Positions 22,969 to 33,211 of a stretch of 64,000 nt of DNA are shown here, piece after piece. The stretch lies in the NCBI GenBank assembly GCA_000004985.1, contig GG738935.1; one strand, 5' to 3'. The DNA comes from Naegleria gruberi (taxonomy: Eukaryota). A program made the position numbers and the translations under genes. The notes under the pieces were generated by a model. The model did not search any database. It was not told the DNA's origin and was given only the letters and a program-made list of their open reading frames with translations. How positions within the stretch are numbered: the first letter of the stretch is position 1; each line of letters opens with the position of its first letter.

Positions 22969-23850
22969 TTTTTTATGAATTTTAAAATTTAAATTTTATT
23001 TTTAGAATTTATTGAAATTCAGAGAATTCCCAAGAGGAAACTATAAATAATTTTATGTGGTTACCTTACTGTTAATGTGGGTGAGATATTGGTCAAGTTG
23101 AATTGTGAAATGAGATTTTGTTTACAATGAAAATCAGTCAACTTGTAAAATATTAAATGTGCTTTTAGTTTAAATTTAAAAAATTGGTGGACATGTTGCT
23201 GTAGAATAATAACCTTGTAGCAAGAGTGAATGAATTCTTTTTTTTCGTATGAGCATTAGAAAGAGTTTATTGAACATTAAACTTTCCAGCAATGGTGTTG
23301 CAAATTAAGAGTTTTATCTGGTAGTAAGTAAATTCTATTAGTATTGAATCCGCAGAGGTCGACACTACTATTGGCTGGTCCAATTATATGAACAACAGAA
23401 TAATACATGGATATAATCAATTATTACTATTTTATAATGATAGAATTTATATAGTAACAACATTCAATATTGTGTTTGTACTAAATATCAGAAACATATC
23501 TTTGTATGTTAAGGAAATCCTTAGGGTAGAACGACAATGTTTTAAGGCCCTATTATGATCTCTTTTTCATTATTCAATCCATGGAAAGATAACTCTTTTG
23601 AGCCTTACTTGATGTTAGTCATCAGTTGAATAATTATTGGAGAGGTATTTGGTGATTATTGTTATCCTCACTGTCGATTATTTCCCCGTGTATATTTCAC
23701 CACCCCAATAGATTTGGTGATAGTGATGTAAAGATGACAAATAATTAAAGATATTATCGTTATGACGAATGTTTATGATTTATTGGATGATATTCTCTCT
23801 GAGGAGAGATACCAATACTGAAATCCAAGAACCCAAGATCAATTGCTTTT

Positions 23851-24006
23851 TTAACATTTTTCACCACAACGAATGCACTTGACAGAGTAAGAACCATTCT
23901 TAGTGTTGGTCTTTTTACAATTGGAACACATGGTAAATCTACAACCCTTACCACACTTGTACCCACAGGTGAAATTGGATGAAGAACAGACGTCACACTT
24001 GGTCAT
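23851..24006 (-). CDS. Small Cys-rich protein (51 aa, 10 Cys in CxxC pairs), metallothionein-like or zinc-ribbon-like. Not in the ORF track (below 60 aa).
   Basis: Translated by hand from ATG (complement of 24004-24006) to TAA (complement of 23851-23853): MTKCDVCSSSNFTCGYKCGKGCRFTMCSNCKKTNTKNGSYSVKCIRCGEKC. The overlapping track ORF 23760..23996 is in another frame and looks spurious. Confidence 0.4.
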   Translation of the reverse strand: MTKCDVCSSSNFTCGYKCGKGCRFTMCSNCKKTNTKNGSYSVKCIRCGEKC

Positions 24007-24241
24007 TTTTTTATGTTTGTTATTTTGTCCTCTTGATAATTAGCACGAGTTCATTAAATAGCAATTTTATTGTGAGACATTTATTCACCTTCTAAAATAT
24101 GATTAGATCTGAGATAAATAAAAGGGTGCTCTGAAATTTTGTCAACTGAGTTCCAGGGATTTCCTTGAACTTTTACCATGTTCATGCATTTACCATGTTC
24201 ATGTGAAATCAATTAAAAAATTATTACGCTCGCCACGTTTA

Positions 24242-24312
24242 CCGTCTCGGGAGGAATCGAACCTCCGTCAATGGATTCAAAGTCCACTATGCTACCATTA
24301 CACCACGAGACG
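24242..24312 (-). tRNA. tRNA-Gln (anticodon UUG), 71 nt, CCA not encoded.
   Basis: The reverse complement folds as a cloverleaf: acceptor CGTCTCG/CGAGACG, U8, D-arm GGTGTAATGGTAGCA, anticodon stem GTGGA/TCCAT with loop CTTTGAA (anticodon TTG), T-arm GGAGG-TTCGATT-CCTCC, discriminator G. The 5' base is C (C1:G72), which is unusual for eukaryotic tRNA-Gln, so the exact ends are uncertain by a nucleotide. Confidence 0.75.
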
Positions 24313-24538
24313 AGCACATTAACGTCAAATTATTAATTGTATTGTTTCTAAAAATTTTTGAAACAGGCAAAGAATTGTTTACCGTTCAACGGAGTGGTGA
24401 TGGTACTTTTTCGTTTGTAACAATTAAAATAATAAATGATTTGTTTACATCTGCTTTTATTGTGACTTCCAACAGCATCCAAGTACACTTGCGTGTTGAA
24501 ACTTGGAGTATTGGTGTGGAGAATTTGGTTCAGAGGAT

Positions 24539-25186
24539 TTATGGATAAATCTTTTGTGGCTTACCCATGGTTGCCTTAATGTTGGCAGCACCAACGTTTT
24601 GCCAGTTCTTCTTCAACAAGGAAACCAAGAAGTTCAAAGCAATAGTTACGTTTTGTTGGACTTCTTCTTCTGGCATTTCAACGTTACCAATAGCAGTAGC
24701 CAAGTTAATTTCCTTCTTCAATTGGAATTTGACAGTCTTCTTCAATTCTTCAATCTTAGCAGGGATATCATCATTTTGACCCAAGACGAGAGGGAACTTA
24801 CCGGCCTTGGACAAACCAGGACCTAACAATCTAGGAATTCTCTTGATCAAAGAGTCAGAAGCCAAGAAAGCATCATAGGAGTCAGCCAACTTCTTGACAA
24901 TCTTCTTGTTCTTATTGGTATTCTTCAAGTCATCAACAGTCTTGAATGGGATACCTAATTCCTTTGCACGTTCGCAATGGTTGTGGTCACCCAAAATACA
25001 GACCTTCAAGTTCTTCTTGACGTAGTTTGGCAACTTCAAAGAACCATTGAAACGCTTATCCTTGGATGGATCGTAGTTCTTCAATTTGATTTGGAGATCA
25101 ACGGTTTGAACGAATTTTCTCTTATTCTTATCAGTCAAAACCTTTTGAACGCTTTCTCTGAGATCGTCACTGCTCAACTTGGACAT
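24539..25186 (-). CDS. RPL10A: 60S ribosomal protein L10a (uL1).
   Basis: ATG at 25186. 215 aa matching the uL1/L10a family throughout (MSKLSSDDLRESVQKVL..RKFVQTVDLQIKLKNYDPSKDKRFNGSLKLP...LGDHNHCERAKELGIPF...RLLGPGLSKAGKFP). Confidence 0.95.
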   Translation of the reverse strand: MSKLSSDDLRESVQKVLTDKNKRKFVQTVDLQIKLKNYDPSKDKRFNGSLKLPNYVKKNLKVCILGDHNHCERAKELGIPFKTVDDLKNTNKNKKIVKKLADSYDAFLASDSLIKRIPRLLGPGLSKAGKFPLVLGQNDDIPAKIEELKKTVKFQLKKEINLATAIGNVEMPEEEVQQNVTIALNFLVSLLKKNWQNVGAANIKATMGKPQKIYP

Positions 25187-25522
25187 TTTAGATGTACTTG
25201 GTGTGGGTTAATAAAATTGAAGGGAAAAATAGGATACTCACTTTCTGTTTTTTTTTCAGCAAATTTTTAAAATATTTTGCACAGTTGCTTTTTACAATGA
25301 AAATATTTTTAGCAAGTATTTAGGCACACCAGCCAAATTCAACATATTTTTTCACCTTCAATTCTCTGAACGAAAATCAATTTTTTAAGATATTTAACCA
25401 TTGTAAACACTTGTATATCTTCAATCTGCTCCTTATTCTTTTTCCTCGTATCCTTTCACTCTTGCTTCTCTAATCAATCTGTAAGAAGGTTCATACTTAA
25501 AAATTAAAGAAACAAAGAAAAA

Positions 25523-26644
25523 ATGCAAACAGTCAACTTGAACCATGATGAAATGTTGATCGCTGCTCTATTTTCACTTGATCATCGAGACATGTTGCTC
25601 GGGAACATCTTCCCCTTCTGTTCCAAGTCTCAATTAATTGGAGAAATAATGCTCGTCTGCAAAAGATGGTTCAATATCGGTTTGGAGGTGGAAATACATT
25701 TCAAACATAAACAATCATTCAATTGTGAAATCAAGTATCATTATACTTGGGTGGACTATTGTCAATCATTATCGAGTCACTTTGTTACCGAGTTGAATTT
25801 CATCAAACCAAAAGTGGAAACCATAGAGACAATGATCAGCAGTTCATCTTTTACAAAATTAAAAAAGTTAAGGATGGGTTGCTGTGGTAATGAAGAGGAT
25901 AATTGCATAATCATATTGGAATTGATTGAAAAATCAGAGTTTGCCAATCGTGTTAACTTCCTCGAATTGGAAAGCTTTAAAATGGGAGATGAGGGGATAA
26001 AAATCATTGCAGAAGGTACTAAATTCAAAAATTTAACTAAATTGAGCCTATGGTTCTGCAATATCACTCTTGAGGGGTTTAAAATGTTGGCATCCAATTC
26101 TAAATTTTCAAAACTTGTAAAACTAACTTGTACAGAACTAGGTGATGAGGGATTCAAATACTTTTGCCAAAGTCCACACTTTTCCAATATTGAATATCTC
26201 AATGTTGGCCTCGGTTCGCTTTCTAATTTAGGCATGCAATATTTCGCCTCGAGTCCATACTTGAAAAAAGTCAAAACCTTACTATTGGACAGTAATGATT
26301 TTACTGCTGAAGGAGTAAAATCAATATGTCAAAGTGATAACATACAAAGTGTAGAATATTTGGAAATGGAATACTCTCCAATAGGAGATGATGGAGTGAA
26401 ATATTTGGCTGAAAGTCCAAAGATGAGAAATTTGAAATGTTTAGGAATTGCTTCAACTGATACAGGAAACCAAAGTGCAAGATATATTGTGGATTCACCA
26501 TATTTGGAAAACCTTTGTGAGCTCTATTTCGAGCACGATTTTTATTTGGATCCCTTTTATTATGGACAGGTTATCGCTGAAGAAGGAGAGCAATTATTGG
26601 CAAAATTTAACAAGCAAAAAATCAACACTGAGGCAGGGTTATAA
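25523..26644 (+). CDS. F-box-like / RNI-type leucine-rich-repeat protein (373 aa).
   Basis: N-terminal F-box-like DEMLIAALFSLDHRDMLLGNIFPFCSKSQLIGEIMLVCKRWFNI, followed by about 8 RNI-like LRRs (LNVGLGSLSNLGMQYFASSPYLKKVKTLLLDSNDFTAEGVKSI..). Confidence 0.6.
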   Translation: MQTVNLNHDEMLIAALFSLDHRDMLLGNIFPFCSKSQLIGEIMLVCKRWFNIGLEVEIHFKHKQSFNCEIKYHYTWVDYCQSLSSHFVTELNFIKPKVETIETMISSSSFTKLKKLRMGCCGNEEDNCIIILELIEKSEFANRVNFLELESFKMGDEGIKIIAEGTKFKNLTKLSLWFCNITLEGFKMLASNSKFSKLVKLTCTELGDEGFKYFCQSPHFSNIEYLNVGLGSLSNLGMQYFASSPYLKKVKTLLLDSNDFTAEGVKSICQSDNIQSVEYLEMEYSPIGDDGVKYLAESPKMRNLKCLGIASTDTGNQSARYIVDSPYLENLCELYFEHDFYLDPFYYGQVIAEEGEQLLAKFNKQKINTEAGL

Positions 26645-26697
26645 TTTTCAGAATAATATTCAATTTATTTTCAATTAAAATCACAACTTGGCAAAAG

Positions 26698-26733
26698 TGG
26701 AGTCATAGGGAATCGAACCCTAGACCTTCTGCA

Positions 26734-26764
<31 letters not shown>

Positions 26765-26770
26765 AACCCC
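26698..26770 (-). tRNA. tRNA-Ala (anticodon UGC), 73 nt.
   Basis: Reverse complement GGGGTTATAGCTCAGTTGGTAGAGCGTCTGCTTTGCATGCAGAAGGTCTAGGGTTCGATTCCCTATGACTCCA. Acceptor carries the G3:U70 Ala identity pair, D-arm GCTC/GAGC, anticodon loop TTTGCAT (TGC), T-loop TTCGATT, discriminator A. Confidence 0.9.
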
Positions 26771-26938
26771 TTCTTGAGTATTTTACTAAAACAATACCCT
26801 AGCAGTAACAATACCAGTAACTGTTTTCTTTTGCGTTGTTATGGAAGTTTATTACACCACTATGGAAACACTTTCAAATTCAATTGCAACCTTCAATAAA
26901 TGATAATTATATATAATCATGATTCATAAAAAAAATAC

Positions 26939-27592
26939 TTGAAAATGAATTTTACAAACATTACCATTAGAAAACCATCACTTACCACTGAAGATGATGT
27001 TTCTCTCTTGACCTCCGTTGCCAAGACATTATTTTACGAAGCATTTCATCAAGATAACACTGAAGAAAATATGAGAGATTATTTAGAACAAGCATTTAAC
27101 ACAACACAACAAGTGAAAGAATTGACCGATCCTAATGTGTATCTTTCATTTATTCAAGTTGATTATGATAATGCATTGGAAGAGTATCTAAAACAAAAGT
27201 GCACTCCTGAAAGAATTGAATTCCTAGATTCGAATATGTCCTTTTATGAATCTAATCAAAAGAAACTTGTCATTGCTTATAGTAAATTGAACTATGGCTC
27301 ATTCGAACCATGTTTGAAATATCAAAATAAGGAAACTATTGAATTATGTAGATGTTATGTATTGAAGGAATTCCATGGAACATCAATCGCTCACAAACTA
27401 ATGCAAGAATGTTTGAGAGTTGCAAGGGAGGAATTTGGTGGAGTTTGTAAATCAATTTGGTTGGGAGTTTGGGAACATAATTTGAGAGCTAAGCGATTTT
27501 ATGAAAAATTCAAGTTTGAAAAGGTTGGTGAGCATGTTTTTGTGATGGGAGATGATCCACAAAGAGATGAAGTTTATGAATTAATTTTGTAA
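26939..27592 (+). CDS. GNAT-family N-acetyltransferase (217 aa).
   Basis: C-terminal acetyl-CoA-binding core CRCYVLKEFHGTSIAHKLMQECLRVAREEFGGVCKSIWLGVWEHNLRAKRFYEKFKFEKVGEH matches GNAT motifs A/B (..V...G.G....L......A...G......L.V...N..A..FY.K.GF). Confidence 0.65.
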   Translation: MKMNFTNITIRKPSLTTEDDVSLLTSVAKTLFYEAFHQDNTEENMRDYLEQAFNTTQQVKELTDPNVYLSFIQVDYDNALEEYLKQKCTPERIEFLDSNMSFYESNQKKLVIAYSKLNYGSFEPCLKYQNKETIELCRCYVLKEFHGTSIAHKLMQECLRVAREEFGGVCKSIWLGVWEHNLRAKRFYEKFKFEKVGEHVFVMGDDPQRDEVYELIL

Positions 27593-27646
27593 CTTGACAA
27601 GGTGTGAAAATTTATTGTTAAATAAAGATATTTATTAATTGGTTAC

Positions 27647-28204
27647 CTAAAAACCAAGGAATGAAACAATGGCAAAAATCAAAGCAACAGCAGAAACACC
27701 AATCATTTGAGCATTACTTTGCTTAACACATTTTTGAACAATGTTATAGCTTGATTGACAAGTGTCAACTGGAATAGCTACACCACTAGCACCAGAAGTA
27801 CCAGCAGTAGTACAGGCAGTATCAGTATAAGTAATCCATCTACATTCATTGGTATACTTGTATGAGTATGAGCCAGAAATATAGCAGGCACCCAATTTAT
27901 AACGAGTGACAGATTTAACATCACCAACACATGTGCTATTATCATATTCAGAGGTGAACATGAATCCATTAACAGTGGATGGATAGGCAGAGACACAAGC
28001 ACTTGTATAGTAATAATTCTTAGTGGCAGTACAAGCAGTGGTAGCATTAGATCCAGTACAAGCAGATGCAGGAACAGTCTTTTCATAGACATAGTTGGCA
28101 GCTGAACAAGAGCTATCAGTAAAGTAGGTGAAGGTTTGGTATTGAGCAGAGACAAGACCTAACAGAGCAATGAATGCAGCAATGAATAAGAGAGTTGATT
28201 TCAT
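27647..28204 (-). CDS. Secreted, probably GPI-anchored Cys/Thr/Tyr-rich small surface protein (about 185 aa).
   Basis: Start moved to the ATG at 28204 (MKSTLLFIAAFIALLGLVSAQ, a signal peptide). 10 Cys in the mature region, Thr/Ser-rich. The C-terminus (SNAQMIGVSAVALIFAIVSFLGF) is hydrophobic after small residues, typical of a GPI-attachment signal. The antisense track ORF 27778..28155 is rejected. Confidence 0.55.
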   Translation of the reverse strand: MKSTLLFIAAFIALLGLVSAQYQTFTYFTDSSCSAANYVYEKTVPASACTGSNATTACTATKNYYYTSACVSAYPSTVNGFMFTSEYDNSTCVGDVKSVTRYKLGACYISGSYSYKYTNECRWITYTDTACTTAGTSGASGVAIPVDTCQSSYNIVQKCVKQSNAQMIGVSAVALIFAIVSFLGF

Positions 28205-28564
28205 TTTGTTTTTCTGTTGAGTTGTGTGTAATTCAATGTTGTGTGATGTTTTATAGGCCAAGTGCTTTTCTCAGTTTACCAAAAGAAACATTGAAAATGA
28301 ACCATTTATGGTCAGTAAATTTGTTTAATCTCTCAGAGCAAGGTTGATATGTTACATGAGTAAAATACTGTTCTGGTATCATGTCAACATTTTACCTTCC
28401 TTACCCTCAAATCCATCAAGGAATAAACTCACCTAAAATGGCTAGTAGTTGTTTTGTAACCATGAGGTCAACTTGTTGTGAATACATTTTACAATAAATT
28501 GTTTTCATGTTAAATTATTTATTGTTAACATGTTATTACTTCTACATTAATACTATTATTACAA

Positions 28565-30103
28565 TTATCTTTGAGGAATATCTGGTAAATAATTTCCAAG
28601 ACTATACTTGCTGTTTACAGAGTTCTTTTCAAGATAAACTCTATAGACATCTTCGTATTGATTGAATGGACACAAACAACAACCACCTTCACCTCTTTGT
28701 GGTTCATCTGCAGCAGATGCTTTTGAAGATTCCTTTCTCAACCAAAAGGCTCTGTCGAAGGATTTCAAAAGAATTTCATCAGCCTTTCCTTCATCATCAA
28801 AATAGTTTGGATACTTGTCCTTAATAGTATTATAGAATGAATCTAATTCGGCGTGAGTGTTGAATTTAACAGAGTTAACATTATTAAAAAGAGGCTTTAA
28901 CTTGTCAGTTAATTCCATACTCATATCACAAACACCCTTCTTCTTCAAGTTATCAATGTAAATCTTTGAGGCTCCTTTCAATTTACTCTCAAAATCAATT
29001 CCAATCTTTTCCAAAACAGCTTGGGTAACTGTAATTGAAAATTTTAAATAAAACGTATAATGAATTATAGACACTTACAGTGTTGGCAGTTATTCTTCTT
29101 GTTATCATAGGTTTGTGTTCCATTCCATTCACAACAAACTTGAGCAATCATATCCAAGCAGCGGTGAATATCAGTTTCCTTTGTAATCATTACAAGATCG
29201 AAGGCAAAAATGGCCTTTGATGACGAATTCTTTCTTACAATAGCAAGAGCATTATCATTCCATTCGACATACCAATTTCCGACAATTAAAGCAGTGTGAA
29301 ACATTCCAAATTGTAAATCTTTTGTAAAATTGAGAGTGTGACCAAGTCTTCTAATCAATCTCATATGTGATGATTGTTCTAATTCAGTAAGCACAAACTT
29401 GATTCTCAATCCAGGTTTTGTATGTTTGTTTCCTCCCATAGCTCCCATTCCTAAATCTTGATCCATTTCTGTGGCTGGGTTAAAGAATTTGTATTTAAAT
29501 CTATCAGTGAGAACACAATTTTGTGCAATAGTTTGAATTTTCTTTGGGTCAACTCCTTCAACTTTTCTCAACTTATCCACACAATAACCGACCCATTGCT
29601 TTTCGATATCTGTCAATTTGTTATCAGGAAATTTTGGAACAGCACTCTTATGGTTGATATTAGATCGATGATATGAAGTAATATCTTCAGAAACACCTTC
29701 AGTTAAATCTCTATTCAATTGCTCATCAACTTCAAAGGAGAGAGTTTCATAGTTCCGAGATGTTTTATCATCACTGTCGTTTGGTGTATTACTATCGCCA
29801 GAAGGATTATTGCTACTACTAGTTCCATTAGATGAAGAAAATTCCGTATTATGACTAGAGAAGGCTGATGAATTCTTTTGTTTTGGATCTTCACCAGCAT
29901 CGTCATCGTAATCATTAGAGAAGGATTGAGCTGTTATTATTTGTTGTTATTTGTTGTTATTGTTATTGTTATAATAAATATTCAATGATGATGATTAATA
30001 TCAAAACGTGATGATCAGTGGTTGAAAATTATCTATGGATGATGAACAGCGGAAATAACCTACCTGGACTAACGCTCGAAAACAGTCTACGAATGAAAGA
30101 CAT
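28565..30103 (-). CDS. LRAT/HRASLS (NlpC/P60 superfamily)-like protein; 3-exon model 30103..30064, 29930..29079, 29028..28565.
   Basis: Exon 1 MSFIRRLFSSVSP ends with donor GTAGGT (complement of 30058-30063); the 133-nt intron ends at ..AACAG. Exon 2 holds an acidic Ser-rich linker and the H-box FHTALIVGNWYVEW, and ends ..CQH with donor GTAAGT (complement of 29073-29078); the 50-nt intron ends at ..TTACAG. Exon 3 continues F-TQAVLEKIG... The catalytic-type motif NCQHF (compare NCEHF of the LRAT/H-rev107 family) is assembled across the exon2/exon3 junction. Track ORFs 29065..29718 (which starts at TTG) and 28565..29074 are the two halves. Confidence 0.5.
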
Positions 30104-30189
30104 TTTTATTGGTGATGAAAAAATCCAAGTACCCACCGCCAATACGTGTTAGTGTTTGAAATCTCTTCTGTTACTAGTCCATTCATGAA

Positions 30190-31602
30190 TTATTGGTTAT
30201 GTGAAGATTGAGTTGCTGTCTTTGTCTTTTGAGTTAATGGAGCTATGGTTGCTAGAACGTGTTGAATTCTGTCCTTGTTGGATCTGGAAATTGATGGTGA
30301 TGGAAACAGTTCAGAGTGATCATAATCACCACCTTCCATAATGTTTTTCGTAACTCTATCAATTTCTTGGGAAATGAAAGGTGAGAGAAGCTTCTTTCGT
30401 TCCTTACTTTCTAATTCTCTCTTAGCTAGCATCAACTTATGCTGGTTAATGGTTTGTTTAATATGGTTAATTTGATTCCTAGATTTTAACTCATATGCAT
30501 TTGGTTCAAACTCAGTCTCTTCATAGTGATGGACTGATACATTGGATAGATCCATTTTGCTTTGATTGTGAGTGATATCATTTTCATTAATATTCTATTC
30601 CATTAATTGTATTTGATATTCAATATGACATTTGAATAACTTACCACAAGAGATTGCCACTCTTTAGCGTTAGCTCTCTCAAATTTAGTGTTTGAACCTC
30701 CACTTAGTGTTACTTTTGATTTTGAAAACATTGATTTTGGAGTAGTTGTTCCTGCTGATCTAGGTTTAAGAGTAGTTTTCTTTTGAGAGGTTGTCTTTGA
30801 TTCATTCTTTGGAGTCTGTGATTGCTGTTGCTTAATAATTGTTGAAATGCTGCTGATTGGTGTGATATTTTGAGCCATTAAATAGTCATCACTATACGCC
30901 TGTTTCTTTCTTGCACTAGCACGATCCGAAGACTTTGGTGTTTCCAATGATTGAAATGCTGATGATATGATTACATTTCTAGACTCTGATACTGTCTTTG
31001 AGGGAGTCGTTCCAGTATTATCTTTCCTTTTCAGAATATCAGAAATGTTAACGCTCACTGTTGCTGGCTGATTATGGACGATGAATAATGTTTGAAGGAG
31101 TTGGAGTTTGTTCAAATGTTTTAGGTTCACTTGTTGAGAAATGAGAAGGAGTATGATACTTAGGAGTGGATGGATGTTGACTAGTAAGAAGAGCATTCTC
31201 ACTTTCAAAGCTTCTGCTATGACTTGATGAAACACTCTGATTAGAAGGTGAATTACATTTGCTGCTGTTACTAAAATTACAAGGGCTTGTTGTTTTTAAG
31301 CTATCATTTACATTGGATTCATTAATAATTTGTGTAATTAATAATTTGGTTGTGCTTCCTCTTCTCACCATTTGTGGTTTTGGTCCATCGACCTTCTTCA
31401 TCAATAAACTAGCTGGTGATGTATAAGGAACACCAGTAATTGAAAATATTTTGGAGGTTTTCTGTATGGATCCACTTGGATTTTCCAACAAGTTTGATAA
31501 TAATACATGATCCTCGTTGATGTTTTCTTCTCCATTTTCCTCAGCCTTAGAACTCTCCTCAATATTGTTGTTGTGACTCTTCATTGTGTGAGAGTTTTCC
31601 AT
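30190..31602 (-). CDS. Ser/Thr-rich low-complexity protein. The model has one GTAAGT intron (30644..30595) and an apparent +1 frameshift near 31072-31080, so it is either a sequencing indel or a pseudogene.
   Basis: First ATG at 31602 (MENSHTMKSHNNN..); the frame-1 ORF stops at 31072. A frame-2 ORF of similar composition continues to 30645, where donor GTAAGT and acceptor GGAATAG (50-nt intron) join it in frame to the third ORF (..NINENDITHNQSKMDLSNVSVHH.. to stop at 30190). No legitimate intron joins frames 1 and 2; the only GT..AG candidate there is 22 nt and was rejected. Confidence 0.3.
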
Positions 31603-31986
31603 TTTTTTGAAATGTTTAAAGCTATAACCGTCGTCAGTTGAACGACTCAATAGTAACTCTTACTATAATCATAACAATACATTAAGGTTGTCTCCAATTG
31701 CTGTATCTCGTTTTGAACACTCTAATCAGTTCATCATTGAGCCATTGAATTCATCAAATTAATAAAACTAATTTTAAAAGCTTCAAATAATACTAAGCTA
31801 ATAGTTTCTAATGGAAACGCTTTGACCCAGTAAGCTAACCTTCCTTTCCGTAATCATCATGATCATTCAATTATTAAAACCATTCATTAAATATTTAAAT
31901 TTTCAATGCAGCAAAGAATGACGTCACAGTTTCGGTTTGCGCTTTTTTGAAAACTACGTGTTTGAACAAATTCCTCATCAAAAAAA

Positions 31987-33197
31987 TGTCCCAACAACAA
32001 GAGGAGAGTGTTGCTGCAACATCTTCTGCAAGTGTTGTTCCATCATCATCGGCAGTGAAAGTTAATAATCAAGGCATGATCGTACCTTGTGAATTTGTAG
32101 TATATGCAACCTTGTTTCTTCGTGAGTTTAATAGAGTGATTATTGGAGGAGGAGGTGGACACGGAATACCAAACAAAATAATTGTTTTAAAGTTTGATTA
32201 TGAACAAAACAGTGAAAAGCCAGTTACTGTTGAGTGTGATTTTGAAACAGGAGATGAAGTTGTTTGGAATTTGAAATATGAAATTATTAATGATATTCCT
32301 CATATTGTTTATGCATCATTGGACAAAATACACTTGCTTCAATACAACATTTCAGAAAAACAATTCAAAGAATTGGATTCAAATACATTGTACAGTAATA
32401 TTGATGATTTGGGAAAGAAAATTTGTGATATTAATTCTAATGGATACATTGTAGCAAACGATGATAATAATACTCTTTATTTATACAAGATTGAAGATGA
32501 GAAAATGAAATTGATTACTTCTGTTGAACAAATTACCAAAAAGAATATTAGTGATATGAGTTTATCGAGAGACAATATTTTGGGTATTATTTCAGAGGAT
32601 AAGGCTATTAAAATCCTTCAATTGAAGGAGGATTTAACATTCCAAGTTCTCTTCTCCAATGGAATTCCAAATATTACTCAATATCCAAAGCAAGATTTCA
32701 AATTATGTGCATTCCCAAATAATAGCAATGTATTTTATACACTTCATACATCAAGGTCGTGTCCAACATTTATTTCTACATACAAGGTTGAGAATGGTGT
32801 TGTGACTCAAGATTCTACAAGAGAATTGTTAAAGAGACCAGCAACAGCATTTTCTGTTTTAATTGAAGATGGAAAGGAATATATTTCTTTGGGTGTTGAT
32901 GGAGGTGTTCAATTATTCAAACAAGGAAAACATATTGGAAAGAAGCTTAATATCCATAGTGAAGCCATTACATGTATGAGTATTTGTAAAGATACGGTAA
33001 CAGATAAGGCCTCAAAGAAAACTCAACAAGTACACATAAGCAGTGGTTCGATTGACAGATCTATCTCTGTTCAACATTTGAGTGCTAACAAGACAATCTC
33101 TACATCTTACTTGACCTACTTGCTCTACATTGTTGCCTTAATTTTGCTTATTTTTGCAGTTTTGTACGCTAAGGTACATTATGGAGCAAAGGAATAA
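31987..33197 (+). CDS. SEC12: Sec12/PREB-like guanine-nucleotide exchange factor for Sar1 (WD40 propeller with C-terminal TM anchor).
   Basis: Start moved to the ATG at 31987 (MSQQQEES; the track start 31947 is TTG). The glycine-loop motif VIIGGGGGHGIPNKIIVLKF matches the PREB/Sec12 GGGG..G(I).N loop. About 350 aa of beta-rich repeats follow, then a single C-terminal TM LTYLLYIVALILLIFAVLYA with a short tail; this is a type-II ER membrane topology like Sec12. Confidence 0.6.
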
Positions 33198-33211
33198 ATT
33201 TATTCAAATTA

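Noticed and set aside
23760-23996. Track ORF of 78 aa (MTSVLHPISPVGT..)
   Set aside because: A different frame on the same strand encodes a far more convincing Cys-rich peptide with ATG/TAA (23851..24006); the track ORF lacks any distinctive features.
27778-28155. 125-aa minus-strand ORF in another frame over the GPI-protein gene
   Set aside because: It overlaps the clearly coding frame (signal peptide plus Cys pattern). Its Leu/Pro/Val-rich composition is typical of an out-of-frame reading of Thr/Ala/Ser-rich sequence.
31130-31152. 22-nt GTGAGA...CTAG segment that would repair the frame shift between the two Ser-rich ORFs
   Set aside because: Far shorter than any verified intron in this window (minimum 41 nt) and lacking a polypyrimidine/AT-rich body; an indel error or pseudogene is the simpler explanation.
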